A stretch of DNA of 64,000 nt, from positions 24,835 through 88,834 of the forward strand of contig CAZINT010000004.1 in assembly GCA_964540825.1 (NCBI GenBank). The letters run 5' to 3'. Numbering within the stretch: the stretch's first letter is position 1; every line of letters starts with the position of its first letter. Below the pieces are notes generated by a model. It worked only from the letters and a program-made list of their open reading frames with translations. It made no database searches and was not told where the DNA came from. This document shows, in pieces, positions 8,572-16,813 of the stretch. This DNA is from an uncultured Gammaproteobacteria bacterium. GTDB lineage: Bacteria; Patescibacteriota; Patescibacteriia; Magasanikbacterales; GWA2-37-8. The position numbers were made by a program, and so were the translations under genes.

Positions 8572-9750
8572 ATGCGTATTCCAACATACCACGGACAATG
8601 GATTGAAGCGCCCCAAGTGTTTTCCGGCCAGCGTTTACTGGCGCTGCCGGCCGTGATTGATTGTCACGTTCATTTCCGCACACCGGGACAAGAATACAAA
8701 GAAGATTGGATTACCGGTGCGGCAGCTGCTCTGGCTGGCGGCGTCACGACTGTTGGTGACATGCCGAATAATGTACCAAGCATTACCACTGCAAAACTTC
8801 TTGCGACTAAGAAAGAATTAATTACGGGTATACTTACTAAACATAATCTAAAAATACACCCTTATTTTTATTTTGGCGCAACTAATACCAATTTTGAAGA
8901 AATTAAAAAAGTTGCGGATGAAATTATTGGCATCAAAGTGTTCCTCGGATCAAGTACCGGGGACTTATTAGTAGACGATCCCGCCGCTCAAGAAAAAATC
9001 TTTGCGCTCGCGCACGAACTTGATCTACCGGTAGCAGTTCATGCAGAGGATGAAGCCTTGATCCTACACAACAAAAAAGAATACCCGCATCCAGAGCTTC
9101 GTGATCACTCAGTGATCCGATCACCTGAAGTCGCCGCCCACGGGGTGGCACGGGCCATTGAATTGTGCGAACGTTTTGGTGCAAAAATATATATTCTGCA
9201 TGTCAGTACGCCCGGCGAGCTCAACTTGATCAGAAAAGCTAAGCGTGAAGGGCTGCCGGTTTTCGCTGAAGCAACACCACATCATCTTTTTTTAACTACC
9301 GACGATTACGAACGCCTTGGCAGCAAGGCTCAGATAAACCCGCCACTTCGGATCGCAGCTGACCAAGCCGCGCTCTGGCAGGCTGTTATTGACAGAACAA
9401 TCGACACCGTCGCTTCAGATCACGCACCGCACACACTTACAGAAAAATATATAGCATATCCAGAATCCCCCTCTGGTATGCCGGGTGTTGAAACACTACT
9501 ACCCCTTCTCTTAGATACACATGCACAAGGCAAACTAAGCCTGGAGCGGATCGTCGAGCTTACTCACACCAACCCACAAAAAATATTTGGTTTACCCGAA
9601 ACTCATGACTGGGTAATTGTTGACCTGGACGGAACATGGACCATTGACGACGCTGCACTTAAAACTAAATGTGGCTGGTCAACTTTTGCCGGCAAAAAAC
9701 TACAAGGGAAAATCCTTGGCATTGTTTCAAATACCTTACCTCTAGCTTAA
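8572..9750 (+). CDS. pyrC: Dihydroorotase
   Basis: DCHVHFRTPG, AGGVTTVGDMPN, HAED, EATPHHL, NPPLR, SDHAPH. Confidence 0.93.
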   Translation: MRIPTYHGQWIEAPQVFSGQRLLALPAVIDCHVHFRTPGQEYKEDWITGAAAALAGGVTTVGDMPNNVPSITTAKLLATKKELITGILTKHNLKIHPYFYFGATNTNFEEIKKVADEIIGIKVFLGSSTGDLLVDDPAAQEKIFALAHELDLPVAVHAEDEALILHNKKEYPHPELRDHSVIRSPEVAAHGVARAIELCERFGAKIYILHVSTPGELNLIRKAKREGLPVFAEATPHHLFLTTDDYERLGSKAQINPPLRIAADQAALWQAVIDRTIDTVASDHAPHTLTEKYIAYPESPSGMPGVETLLPLLLDTHAQGKLSLERIVELTHTNPQKIFGLPETHDWVIVDLDGTWTIDDAALKTKCGWSTFAGKKLQGKILGIVSNTLPLA

Positions 9751-9756
9751 TTGTAT

Positions 9757-10848
9757 ATGATTATCAACTGGTTCCCGGAGCATCCACCCCTCTATGATAT
9801 AACTAAAAGCTACCACGACAATGCCGAGCATGGACCATTCTTTGCCGGCGTCATTCCCGAACGCATCTGGCCAACCACCTCGACCTGGAACGATTTTTTG
9901 GGTTTCAAAGTTGCTTCAAAAATCGGTGTTCCCGCCGGACCACTTCTCAATTCCAAGTGGACAACGCTCGCCGGAAAACTAGGCTATGATATTGTTACCT
10001 ACAAAACCATTCGGAGCCAAGCAATGGCAGGCCACCCCCTCCCCAACATGCTCTATATTGATGTACCAGGCGGCAGCGATATCCGCACTACCGGGGACAC
10101 CGTAACAGTTAGGAGCAGCCTTCCCGGTAGCATGGACGAGCTGGCCGTTACCAACTCATTCGGTATGCCCTCTTACTCGCGCAATTTTCTTCTTGAAGAT
10201 ATTGATCGGGCGAAAAAAGCTTTGCATGCCGGGCAAATACTGATCGTATCGATCGTCGGCACGCCGCGGCCAGGCGAAGACTTTATAGAAGATTTTGTTC
10301 AGGCTGCCCTCATTGCCAAAGAAGCCGGGGCACCGATTATCGAAGCCAATTTTTCTTGCCCCAATGTTTGCCGTGGTGAAGGCAGTATTTTTACCAATCC
10401 TGAAACAGTCTCTACTATCAGTAAGCGCATCGTTGCCGCACTTGGCGCAGGCATTCCGCTCATTATTAAGGTGGGCACCTACGCTGATACCACACTCATG
10501 AAAAAAGTTTTCCTGGCTGCCGCCGACGCCGGTGTACGGGCGATTGAAGGCATCAATACCGTTGGACGCAAAGTTGTCACCCCTACCGGTGAACCGGCGC
10601 TTGGCGCCGAGCGACTCACAAGCGGGATTTGCGGTGGTCCGATCCGCCAGGCAGCAGTGGATTTTGTAAGGCAAGGGCGAGAAATTATTACCCGCGAAAA
10701 ATTAGACCTTACCCTCATCGGCGTTGGCGGGGTTACAAACCCGGAACATTTTAATGCATTTTTTGAAGCGGGCGCCGACGCCGCACTGGTCGCAACAGGC
10801 ATGATGTGGAACCCTTACCTTGCAGCCCAATTTCATACTCATACTTAA
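9757..10848 (+). CDS. pyrD: Divergent class 1-like dihydroorotate dehydrogenase
   Basis: PAGP, TYKT, NSFGMPS, catalytic-type EANFSCPN, INT, GVGG FMN-barrel motifs; sits between pyrC and pyrE. Confidence 0.8.
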   Translation: MIINWFPEHPPLYDITKSYHDNAEHGPFFAGVIPERIWPTTSTWNDFLGFKVASKIGVPAGPLLNSKWTTLAGKLGYDIVTYKTIRSQAMAGHPLPNMLYIDVPGGSDIRTTGDTVTVRSSLPGSMDELAVTNSFGMPSYSRNFLLEDIDRAKKALHAGQILIVSIVGTPRPGEDFIEDFVQAALIAKEAGAPIIEANFSCPNVCRGEGSIFTNPETVSTISKRIVAALGAGIPLIIKVGTYADTTLMKKVFLAAADAGVRAIEGINTVGRKVVTPTGEPALGAERLTSGICGGPIRQAAVDFVRQGREIITREKLDLTLIGVGGVTNPEHFNAFFEAGADAALVATGMMWNPYLAAQFHTHT

Positions 10849-10858
10849 TCTGTATTCT

Positions 10859-11503
10859 ATGGATACGAGTGAATCAATTGCCACCATGCTTCTTGACCTC
10901 AAAGCAGTCACACTCAGCGTCGACCCTCCCTTTACTTGGTCGTCAGGAATTAAGTCCCCTATTTATTGCGACAATCGCCTGCTCATTTCTTTTCCGGAAG
11001 CACGAAAAAAAGTAATCGAAGGTTTTAAGCAAATTATTGCTGAAAAAAATATTGTCTTTGATGTGGTTGGAGGCACTGCAACCGCCGCTATCCCTTGGGG
11101 AGCATTCCTGGCGTATGAGCTCGATAAACCCATGGTGTATATTCGCCCCGAGCCAAAAGGTCACGGTACCGGCAAACAAGTGGAAGGAACGATGCAGCAG
11201 GGTGCGCGCGTACTCATTATTGAAGATCTGGTTTCGACCGGTGGGAGTTCACTTACATCTGCAGCCGCTTGCGCCCGAGAATATAATGCGGTTATTACTG
11301 ACGTGCTTGCAATTTTTAGTTATGAAATGCAGGAAGCAGAAAATGCTTTTACTGAAAAAAATATTCGTCTCACGACATTGAGTTCGTTTTCGAAGTTGCT
11401 CTGCACAGCTGAAACAAAAGGATACATAAACGAAAAGGAAAAATCCACCGCTCTTTCCTGGAGTAAAGACCCGCGCGGCTGGTTTGAAACTATTTCTAAG
11501 TAA
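10859..11503 (+). CDS. pyrE: Orotate phosphoribosyltransferase
   Basis: FTWSSGIKSPIYCDNR, KGHG, PRPP loop IIEDLVSTGGS. Confidence 0.96.
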   Translation: MDTSESIATMLLDLKAVTLSVDPPFTWSSGIKSPIYCDNRLLISFPEARKKVIEGFKQIIAEKNIVFDVVGGTATAAIPWGAFLAYELDKPMVYIRPEPKGHGTGKQVEGTMQQGARVLIIEDLVSTGGSSLTSAAACAREYNAVITDVLAIFSYEMQEAENAFTEKNIRLTTLSSFSKLLCTAETKGYINEKEKSTALSWSKDPRGWFETISK

Positions 11504-11510
11504 ACTCACT

Positions 11511-12329
11511 ATGAACGCTCTTGAAAAACTGGAACGAAGTATTAAAAAAAATAATTCACTCGTGTGCGTCGGCCTTGATCCTGAAATAGCAAAGCTTCCT
11601 GAACAATTTAAAAATTCCAATACTCCACAGTTTGATTTTAATCGAGCGATCATCGATGCCACGCACGACCTCGTCTGTGCCTATAAACCAAACCCCGCAT
11701 TTTATGAAGCACGCGGTGCGGATGGCATCCGTGAATTAAAAATGACTTGCGACTATATTCGTGAAACGTATCCGGATATTTTTCTCATTTTGGATTTAAA
11801 ACGCGCCGATATTGGCAATACCAGCTGCGGTTCGGCTGAGTTTGGCTTTGATTATCTTGGTGCAGACGCAGTAACCCTGAATCCGTACCTTGGTAGCGAC
11901 GCGCTTGCTCCCTACCTCGAGCGGGCCGACAAAGCATCGTTCATCCTCTGCCGCACGTCCAATGCCGGTAGCGGCGAAATTCAAGACTTATTGGTTGATG
12001 GTGTACCGCTCTACCAAAAAATTGCTTTAAAAATTGCCACCGAGTGGAACAAAAATAAAAACTGTGGCTTGGTTGCTGGCGCCACGTATCCTACTGAACT
12101 TGCGACTGTCCGCCACCTTGCAGGCGATCTGCCTATTCTAACACCCGGTATTGGTGGCCAAGGCGGCAGCGTTGAAGCCATACTTAAGGCCGGGTTAACA
12201 CCGCAAAAAACCGGTCTCATCATCAATTCTTCGCGAAGTATTATTTTTGCCGGTAGCGGCAAAGATTTTGCCGAAAAGGCCAGATCTGCCGCTTTGGAAC
12301 TCCGCAAAGAAATACATAATTTTTGCTAA
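11511..12329 (+). CDS. pyrF: Orotidine-5'-phosphate decarboxylase
   Basis: CVGLDP, YKPN, DLKRADIGNT, PYLG, RTSN, GATYP, PGIGGQGG, NSSR. Confidence 0.97.
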   Translation: MNALEKLERSIKKNNSLVCVGLDPEIAKLPEQFKNSNTPQFDFNRAIIDATHDLVCAYKPNPAFYEARGADGIRELKMTCDYIRETYPDIFLILDLKRADIGNTSCGSAEFGFDYLGADAVTLNPYLGSDALAPYLERADKASFILCRTSNAGSGEIQDLLVDGVPLYQKIALKIATEWNKNKNCGLVAGATYPTELATVRHLAGDLPILTPGIGGQGGSVEAILKAGLTPQKTGLIINSSRSIIFAGSGKDFAEKARSAALELRKEIHNFC

Positions 12330-12356
12330 TTTTAGCCAAAATAGTTTGTACACCTC

Positions 12357-12408
12357 TTGACAAAAGGGGTGTTTTTTGATAGGATGGAGCGTTGCTCAAA
12401 TACGGAGG
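12357..12408 (+). promoter_or_regulatory. Promoter and Shine-Dalgarno of orphan gene
   Basis: TTGACA-17 nt-TAGGAT; GGAGG at 12404-12408, 5 nt before ATG 12414. Confidence 0.7.
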
Positions 12409-12413
12409 TTTCC

Positions 12414-12752
12414 ATGTCCCAGCCTTTTCATGAGGTTCCTATCGGCTTTTTGATCGCCGTGCTTTACCACCACGAGATCGTCGAGGCGGTTGACCATGAC
12501 CAGGTGCCTGGAACAGTCGGCGAGGTCCTCGACTGGTCGAAGGCCATCCTCGGCATCGAGTTCGAGCCGGCCCAGTTCGTCGAGGCGCTCAAGCAGCTGG
12601 CGGAGTACTTCCGTCGCCGGCTCCACGACGACACGATCCTCAGACGGCTGAACGATGTGGTTCCGAACCGCCTCGACAAGGGTCAGAGCATCGACGCCAT
12701 TGAGCAGGCCATGCTCAAGGAGTTCGGCAATCACATCTTTTTCCGGAAGTAA
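12414..12752 (+). CDS. GC-rich SD-led orphan protein (112 aa)
   Basis: SD-led ATG, strong C/G third-position bias, hand count 38/60 G+C at 12481-12540; no recognised family. Confidence 0.75.
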   Translation: MSQPFHEVPIGFLIAVLYHHEIVEAVDHDQVPGTVGEVLDWSKAILGIEFEPAQFVEALKQLAEYFRRRLHDDTILRRLNDVVPNRLDKGQSIDAIEQAMLKEFGNHIFFRK

Positions 12753-12862
12753 CCCTGGTCAAGCGGCACACTCGACCACCCTCGTCCCGCCGCTACCCAC
12801 CAAGTTCATTCGTGGACTTTCGTAGGTAGCGGGACGAGCAATCGATCCGCTTGTTCCTTACA

Positions 12863-12899
12863 AAAAATAAAAACCACCTAAAAGGTGGTTTTTATTTTT
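12863..12899. terminator. Bidirectional terminator
   Basis: AAAAATAAAAACCACC...GGTGGTTTTTATTTTT between convergent genes. Confidence 0.85.
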
Positions 12900-14043
12900 A
12901 TACTCCGTTTGCCGCAACGAGTCGGTGCCTAATCGCATCACGCAAATTCACGAGTTCCGGGTAGTCATAAAAAAATAATACTTTCTGATCAGCGATCGAC
13001 GTGCCGGTTGGCCTGTCTTTAAGGACAAACGCGCTCCAACTTTCGGCCATATCTTCTTCAGGATTTACTGCGGCATAGTCGGTAATAAACCAGTCCTGAT
13101 GTTGGCTATACCAGTCGTTCATTTGTTCTTGTATGGCCGCATCATAGCCATCTTGAGAAAGCGCTTTATATTCACTCCAGGTCGATTTCCAAAAGCGATT
13201 GTAAAAAGTATTCAGATACGAATCGCTGCGCATACAGCCAAACAAAGAAGTGTAGGCTCTGCAGTCACTGCCGTCATCTATGCTACTGCTTTCGCCATCT
13301 TCGTTATCAGAAGGCGCCACGCTTTCATCATAACCCGCTTGTTCGTTTTGATTCAGGGTAAGTGCGTGACCAAACTCATGAATTAAAAAATAGGTGAGGC
13401 TTCCCGGGTCAAAATTGTTATTCGGAAACGCATCAGCAATATCGACGTAAAGGGTGTAGGTTCCGCTTCCGGCGTCGCCTGGCACCAAAGACGCTGCTGA
13501 TTTCGAGTTACCGTCGGTATACACGACGTAACCGTCGACAATGTCATACATCCCTTTTGGAAATAGGGTGGTGAACAATTTCCACGGACGCTGCAGCTTA
13601 TTTTTATCCTTTTGCCATTTTTTCAATGCCGCCGGAACCGCTGGACGGTCAGTAAGTTTGAGTTTGCCGTCATCTGCGCTGTACTCCATAATCGACGTTT
13701 CTTCATCCACGTCAAACGAATCCTGTTCGCGATCAGCGTTAATATACTTGTTCCAAATCGCCAATCCCTTAGCCGCTGCAGCCGACTCCTTCGCCGTGCA
13801 ATCGCCGCTTGAGCTGCACACGAGTTTGCAGGCCTTAGCACTCACGTCATAGCGCTCGCTTTTCAAACAATCTTCAGGCTTCAATTCCGGAAAACTATGT
13901 ACCGGAGCTTCGTTTGAAAAAGAAAATAGTCGGGCCTCGCTGATTTTGGCACTGACTGTTTGCAAAGCGTCCCCCGGCTGGCAGCCAGCACCCATTGTGA
14001 GGACGGCGATTAACCCTGCGGTTATAAAATATTTTTTAGACAT
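12898..14043 (-). CDS. Lipoprotein, putative zinc metallopeptidase
   Basis: Signal peptide with lipobox MGAGC; HEFGH zinc motif; DYAAVNPEEDMAESW downstream ligand region. Confidence 0.8.
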   Translation of the reverse strand: MSKKYFITAGLIAVLTMGAGCQPGDALQTVSAKISEARLFSFSNEAPVHSFPELKPEDCLKSERYDVSAKACKLVCSSSGDCTAKESAAAAKGLAIWNKYINADREQDSFDVDEETSIMEYSADDGKLKLTDRPAVPAALKKWQKDKNKLQRPWKLFTTLFPKGMYDIVDGYVVYTDGNSKSAASLVPGDAGSGTYTLYVDIADAFPNNNFDPGSLTYFLIHEFGHALTLNQNEQAGYDESVAPSDNEDGESSSIDDGSDCRAYTSLFGCMRSDSYLNTFYNRFWKSTWSEYKALSQDGYDAAIQEQMNDWYSQHQDWFITDYAAVNPEEDMAESWSAFVLKDRPTGTSIADQKVLFFYDYPELVNLRDAIRHRLVAANGV

Positions 14044-14120
14044 ATATAACTGTACAAAAAAGTATATTCCTTTGTGACCATTCTACACTTTTTAGAGTGT
14101 TTAGGCTAGTTTAGGTTAAA

Positions 14121-14149
14121 AAAATACCGCCTTTGAAAGGCGGTATTTT
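14121..14149 (-). terminator. Intrinsic terminator
   Basis: AAAATACCGCC...GGCGGTATTTT. Confidence 0.8.
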
Positions 14150-14156
14150 CAAGGCT

Positions 14157-14906
14157 TTATTTATGTTCCTGCTGCATAAACTGTTTGATCTCCGAAATCG
14201 TACTCATGAATTGAGCAGGGAAAATAATGGTGGAATTCTTTTCAACACTGATCTCCGCCATGGTCTGGAGGTTACGAAGCTGGAGAGCAATCGGATGAGC
14301 AGCCATAATATCAGCGGTGTCGGCGAGTTTTTGACTTGAGAGAAATTCACCTTCAGCAGCAATAATTTTAGCGCGTTTTTCGCGTTCCGCTTCAGCTTGT
14401 TTAGCCATCGCGCGCTGCATGCCTTCGGGGAGTTCAATATCTTTAATTTCAACGACCGACACAACCACACCCCAGCTTTCAGTGTGCTGATCAAGTACGG
14501 CGGTAATTTCTTTGTTGATCGATTCGCGTTCGCTCAAGATTTCATCGAGCTGAAATTTACCAACGATGTTACGCACCGATGTCTGAGCGATTTGATTAAT
14601 TGCACTCATGACATTTTCAATGCCAACAATGCTTTTGACCGCATCCACAATTTTGTAATACGCAACTGCGGAAACATCCACAGATACATTGTCTTTGGTA
14701 ATAATCTTTTGCGGCGGGATCGGCAAGGTAATGGTGCGGAAGTCAACTTTGCGCAACTGATCGATAAACGGGATAACGACGTTTAAACCCGGTTCTTTGA
14801 TACCAACGATCTTGCCAAAACGAAACACCACGCCTTTTTGGTACTGCTGGACAACCCGAAGTCCGAGGGCGATGAGGATGATCGGGATGATAATGAGAAA
14901 TCCCAT
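14157..14906 (-). CDS. SPFH/stomatin-like (slipin) protein
   Basis: N-terminal TM, VVFRFGK, ITKDNVSV, RAMAKQAEAEREKRAKIIAAEGE, ALQLR. Confidence 0.93.
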   Translation of the reverse strand: MGFLIIIPIILIALGLRVVQQYQKGVVFRFGKIVGIKEPGLNVVIPFIDQLRKVDFRTITLPIPPQKIITKDNVSVDVSAVAYYKIVDAVKSIVGIENVMSAINQIAQTSVRNIVGKFQLDEILSERESINKEITAVLDQHTESWGVVVSVVEIKDIELPEGMQRAMAKQAEAEREKRAKIIAAEGEFLSSQKLADTADIMAAHPIALQLRNLQTMAEISVEKNSTIIFPAQFMSTISEIKQFMQQEHK

Positions 14907-14931
14907 ATTCGTAGAGTTAAAAATAAAAAAG

Positions 14932-15513
14932 TTATTTGATTCGTTGCAGAGCCTCTTTCAGCAGTTGTTCGCTGGTTTTGGCCTTACTATCAAGGTTTTT
15001 GACCGCGTCTCTGGCTTCACTCGCAGAATAGCCCAAAGCGATCAGTCCGTCAATGACATCACCGACATTGTCCGACACATTCTCAAGGCCCGCTTCGGCC
15101 AAAGATTCAACGCCCGTGAGTTTAGTCTTAAGGTCAACCACGATGCGTTCAGCCGTCTTTTTGCCAATACCGCTTACTTTGGTGAGGTACGCGACGTCGC
15201 CACGGCCAACCGCACGCGTAATTTCTTCGACTGATCCGAGCGCGAGCAAATGCAAGGCAGTTTTAGGCCCAACACCGCTGACTGACAAAAAATGTTTAAA
15301 AAGCTCTCGTTCACGAGCATTTTCAAAGCCAAAAAGTTCAAGCGCGTCTTCGCGAACTACCAGGTACGTCTCAAGCTGAACTTCGGAGCCAGAAGTACAG
15401 CGCTCGGCCGCACGCGGACTTACTAAAATTTTGTAGCCAACACCGCCAGCAGTTAAAAGGACTACTTCAATTTGATTGTTGGTAATAATTTTTCCTTGGA
15501 GGAGTGAGATCAT
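14932..15513 (-). CDS. ruvA: Holliday junction branch migration protein RuvA
   Basis: GVGY, VREDALELFGF, VSGVGPK, GIGKKTAERI, LIALGY. Confidence 0.96.
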   Translation of the reverse strand: MISLLQGKIITNNQIEVVLLTAGGVGYKILVSPRAAERCTSGSEVQLETYLVVREDALELFGFENARERELFKHFLSVSGVGPKTALHLLALGSVEEITRAVGRGDVAYLTKVSGIGKKTAERIVVDLKTKLTGVESLAEAGLENVSDNVGDVIDGLIALGYSASEARDAVKNLDSKAKTSEQLLKEALQRIK

Positions 15514-15523
15514 AGATGCGCAC

Positions 15524-15586
15524 AGCAGAGTAGGCAGAGTAAGTATTGTACTTACCTTGCTTAATCTGCCTACTCTGCTTAGTACT
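15524..15586. repeat. Palindromic short-unit repeat array
   Basis: 15-bp perfect inverted repeat AGCAGAGTAGGCAGA / TCTGCCTACTCTGCT around inner GTAAGTA-ttg-TACTTAC; related to 48417-48490. Confidence 0.8.
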
Positions 15587-15591
15587 AAAAT

Positions 15592-16557
15592 TTATTTCTT
15601 CTTATTACGGCTCACACGAATCAGCCCGCCGCACGGAATAATCTCGACGCCTTTCTTTTCAAGTTCATCAAGAAACAAATTCATTCCCAGTGAATCGGAC
15701 GACATATGGCCGGCAATAATAACGTTCATATGCTGTTCGTTTACCCGCTTTAGAGCGTCCTCACGCATGTGCATACTAATAATTGTGCTGTATCCTACGC
15801 GAGAAAACTCTTCGTATACCTGCGCAGAGGGCTCGGTGCCACCGGTCATCTCAACGAGATATTTACCTACTTTTTTATGACGACCGCCCGCAATTATTTT
15901 TGGTCCCGCTCCGCGCCGTTTCGCCTCTTGATATTCGGGCTGTTCCATCAGCAGGTCAAGCATTTCACCAACTGTTTCTGGTTTTTCTTTCTTAAAAAGA
16001 TTTTCTAAAAATTGATTAACCAGGTTATCGGTAATCGTATGCGTGCTCATGAAGTTAATGCCGAGGATGCGAGCAATGTCGACCGCTCGGTGATGATTGG
16101 CTGCGTGTACGCTTCGCCCGACTTCTTGAATACGGTCACCCATTACTTTTTCAGCCACATGAATGGGCAGTCCAAAACTTTCAAAAACACCAGTCGACAT
16201 CTCCATCACTTCGTGAAGGCTCGCTAGCGCATTGCCTGTTGGATGGTGCGAAATTGCTAAATCGATCTTTTTACCGCGCTCATTCAACTGAGTGGCCATA
16301 AGTATTTCCCCGGCATCAATATCGATACCTGCAATAATCCGCTTCACCTCTTTGCGACCGTCGTCAACATGAATATAGCTATCCGGGTACGGATTCGTAA
16401 GGCGGGTAGTATCAAAATATTTTTTATCCTTTTCTTTAAGCTCGCTATATTCCTTTTTTTCCCGAGCTAAATACTTGGCCACTTCTTTCGCCCCCCGCGG
16501 ATCGGCTGCAATACCCATTTTAACTCCCAGTTCAAAGACATTTTTTACATTCAACAT
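15592..16557 (-). CDS. NIF3-like metal-binding protein
   Basis: AISHHP, HTITDN, AGHMSSDSLGMN motifs. Confidence 0.75.
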   Translation of the reverse strand: MLNVKNVFELGVKMGIAADPRGAKEVAKYLAREKKEYSELKEKDKKYFDTTRLTNPYPDSYIHVDDGRKEVKRIIAGIDIDAGEILMATQLNERGKKIDLAISHHPTGNALASLHEVMEMSTGVFESFGLPIHVAEKVMGDRIQEVGRSVHAANHHRAVDIARILGINFMSTHTITDNLVNQFLENLFKKEKPETVGEMLDLLMEQPEYQEAKRRGAGPKIIAGGRHKKVGKYLVEMTGGTEPSAQVYEEFSRVGYSTIISMHMREDALKRVNEQHMNVIIAGHMSSDSLGMNLFLDELEKKGVEIIPCGGLIRVSRNKKK

Positions 16558-16668
16558 AGCAAAAATTTTAAGAATACGGCAGGTTTATAGTACCTTGCAG
16601 CATCCAGTCTGTCAAATGGGTAATTGGTGTTATTTTGGCTTTGTTGAGCTTTTTTTTCATTAAAAAGC

Positions 16669-16697
16669 TTGACAAAACACTGAACTTGGCATAAAAT
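16669..16697 (+). promoter_or_regulatory. Sigma70 promoter of ATP-grasp operon
   Basis: TTGACA-17 nt-TAAAAT. Confidence 0.8.
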
Positions 16698-16709
16698 ACG
16701 TTTCTAAAT

Positions 16710-16778
16710 ATGAACAAACTTCGTCACAAGTTACCCGTCATCCCAAACAAAATTTTTAAACTCTTTTTTACCTGCTAA
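16710..16778 (+). CDS. Putative leader peptide MNKLRHKLPVIPNKIFKLFFTC
   Basis: ATG about 6 nt after predicted TSS; stop overlaps start of a U-tailed hairpin. Confidence 0.55.
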   Translation: MNKLRHKLPVIPNKIFKLFFTC

Positions 16779-16806
16779 AAAGCCTCTTTTACTAAAGGCT
16801 TTTTTT
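16777..16806 (+). terminator. Terminator-like hairpin in leader of ATP-grasp gene
   Basis: AAAAAGCCT...AGGCTTTTT with 7-T run ending 7 nt before the ATG. Confidence 0.6.
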
Positions 16807-16813
16807 AATTTTT

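Noticed and set aside
12396-12734. Minus-strand 112-aa ORF overlapping the orphan gene
   Set aside because: Plus-strand frame has the promoter, SD and third-position GC bias; the antisense frame is a by-product of high GC
15524-15586. Short repeat arrays as CRISPR
   Set aside because: No constant 23-47 bp repeats with unique spacers and no cas genes
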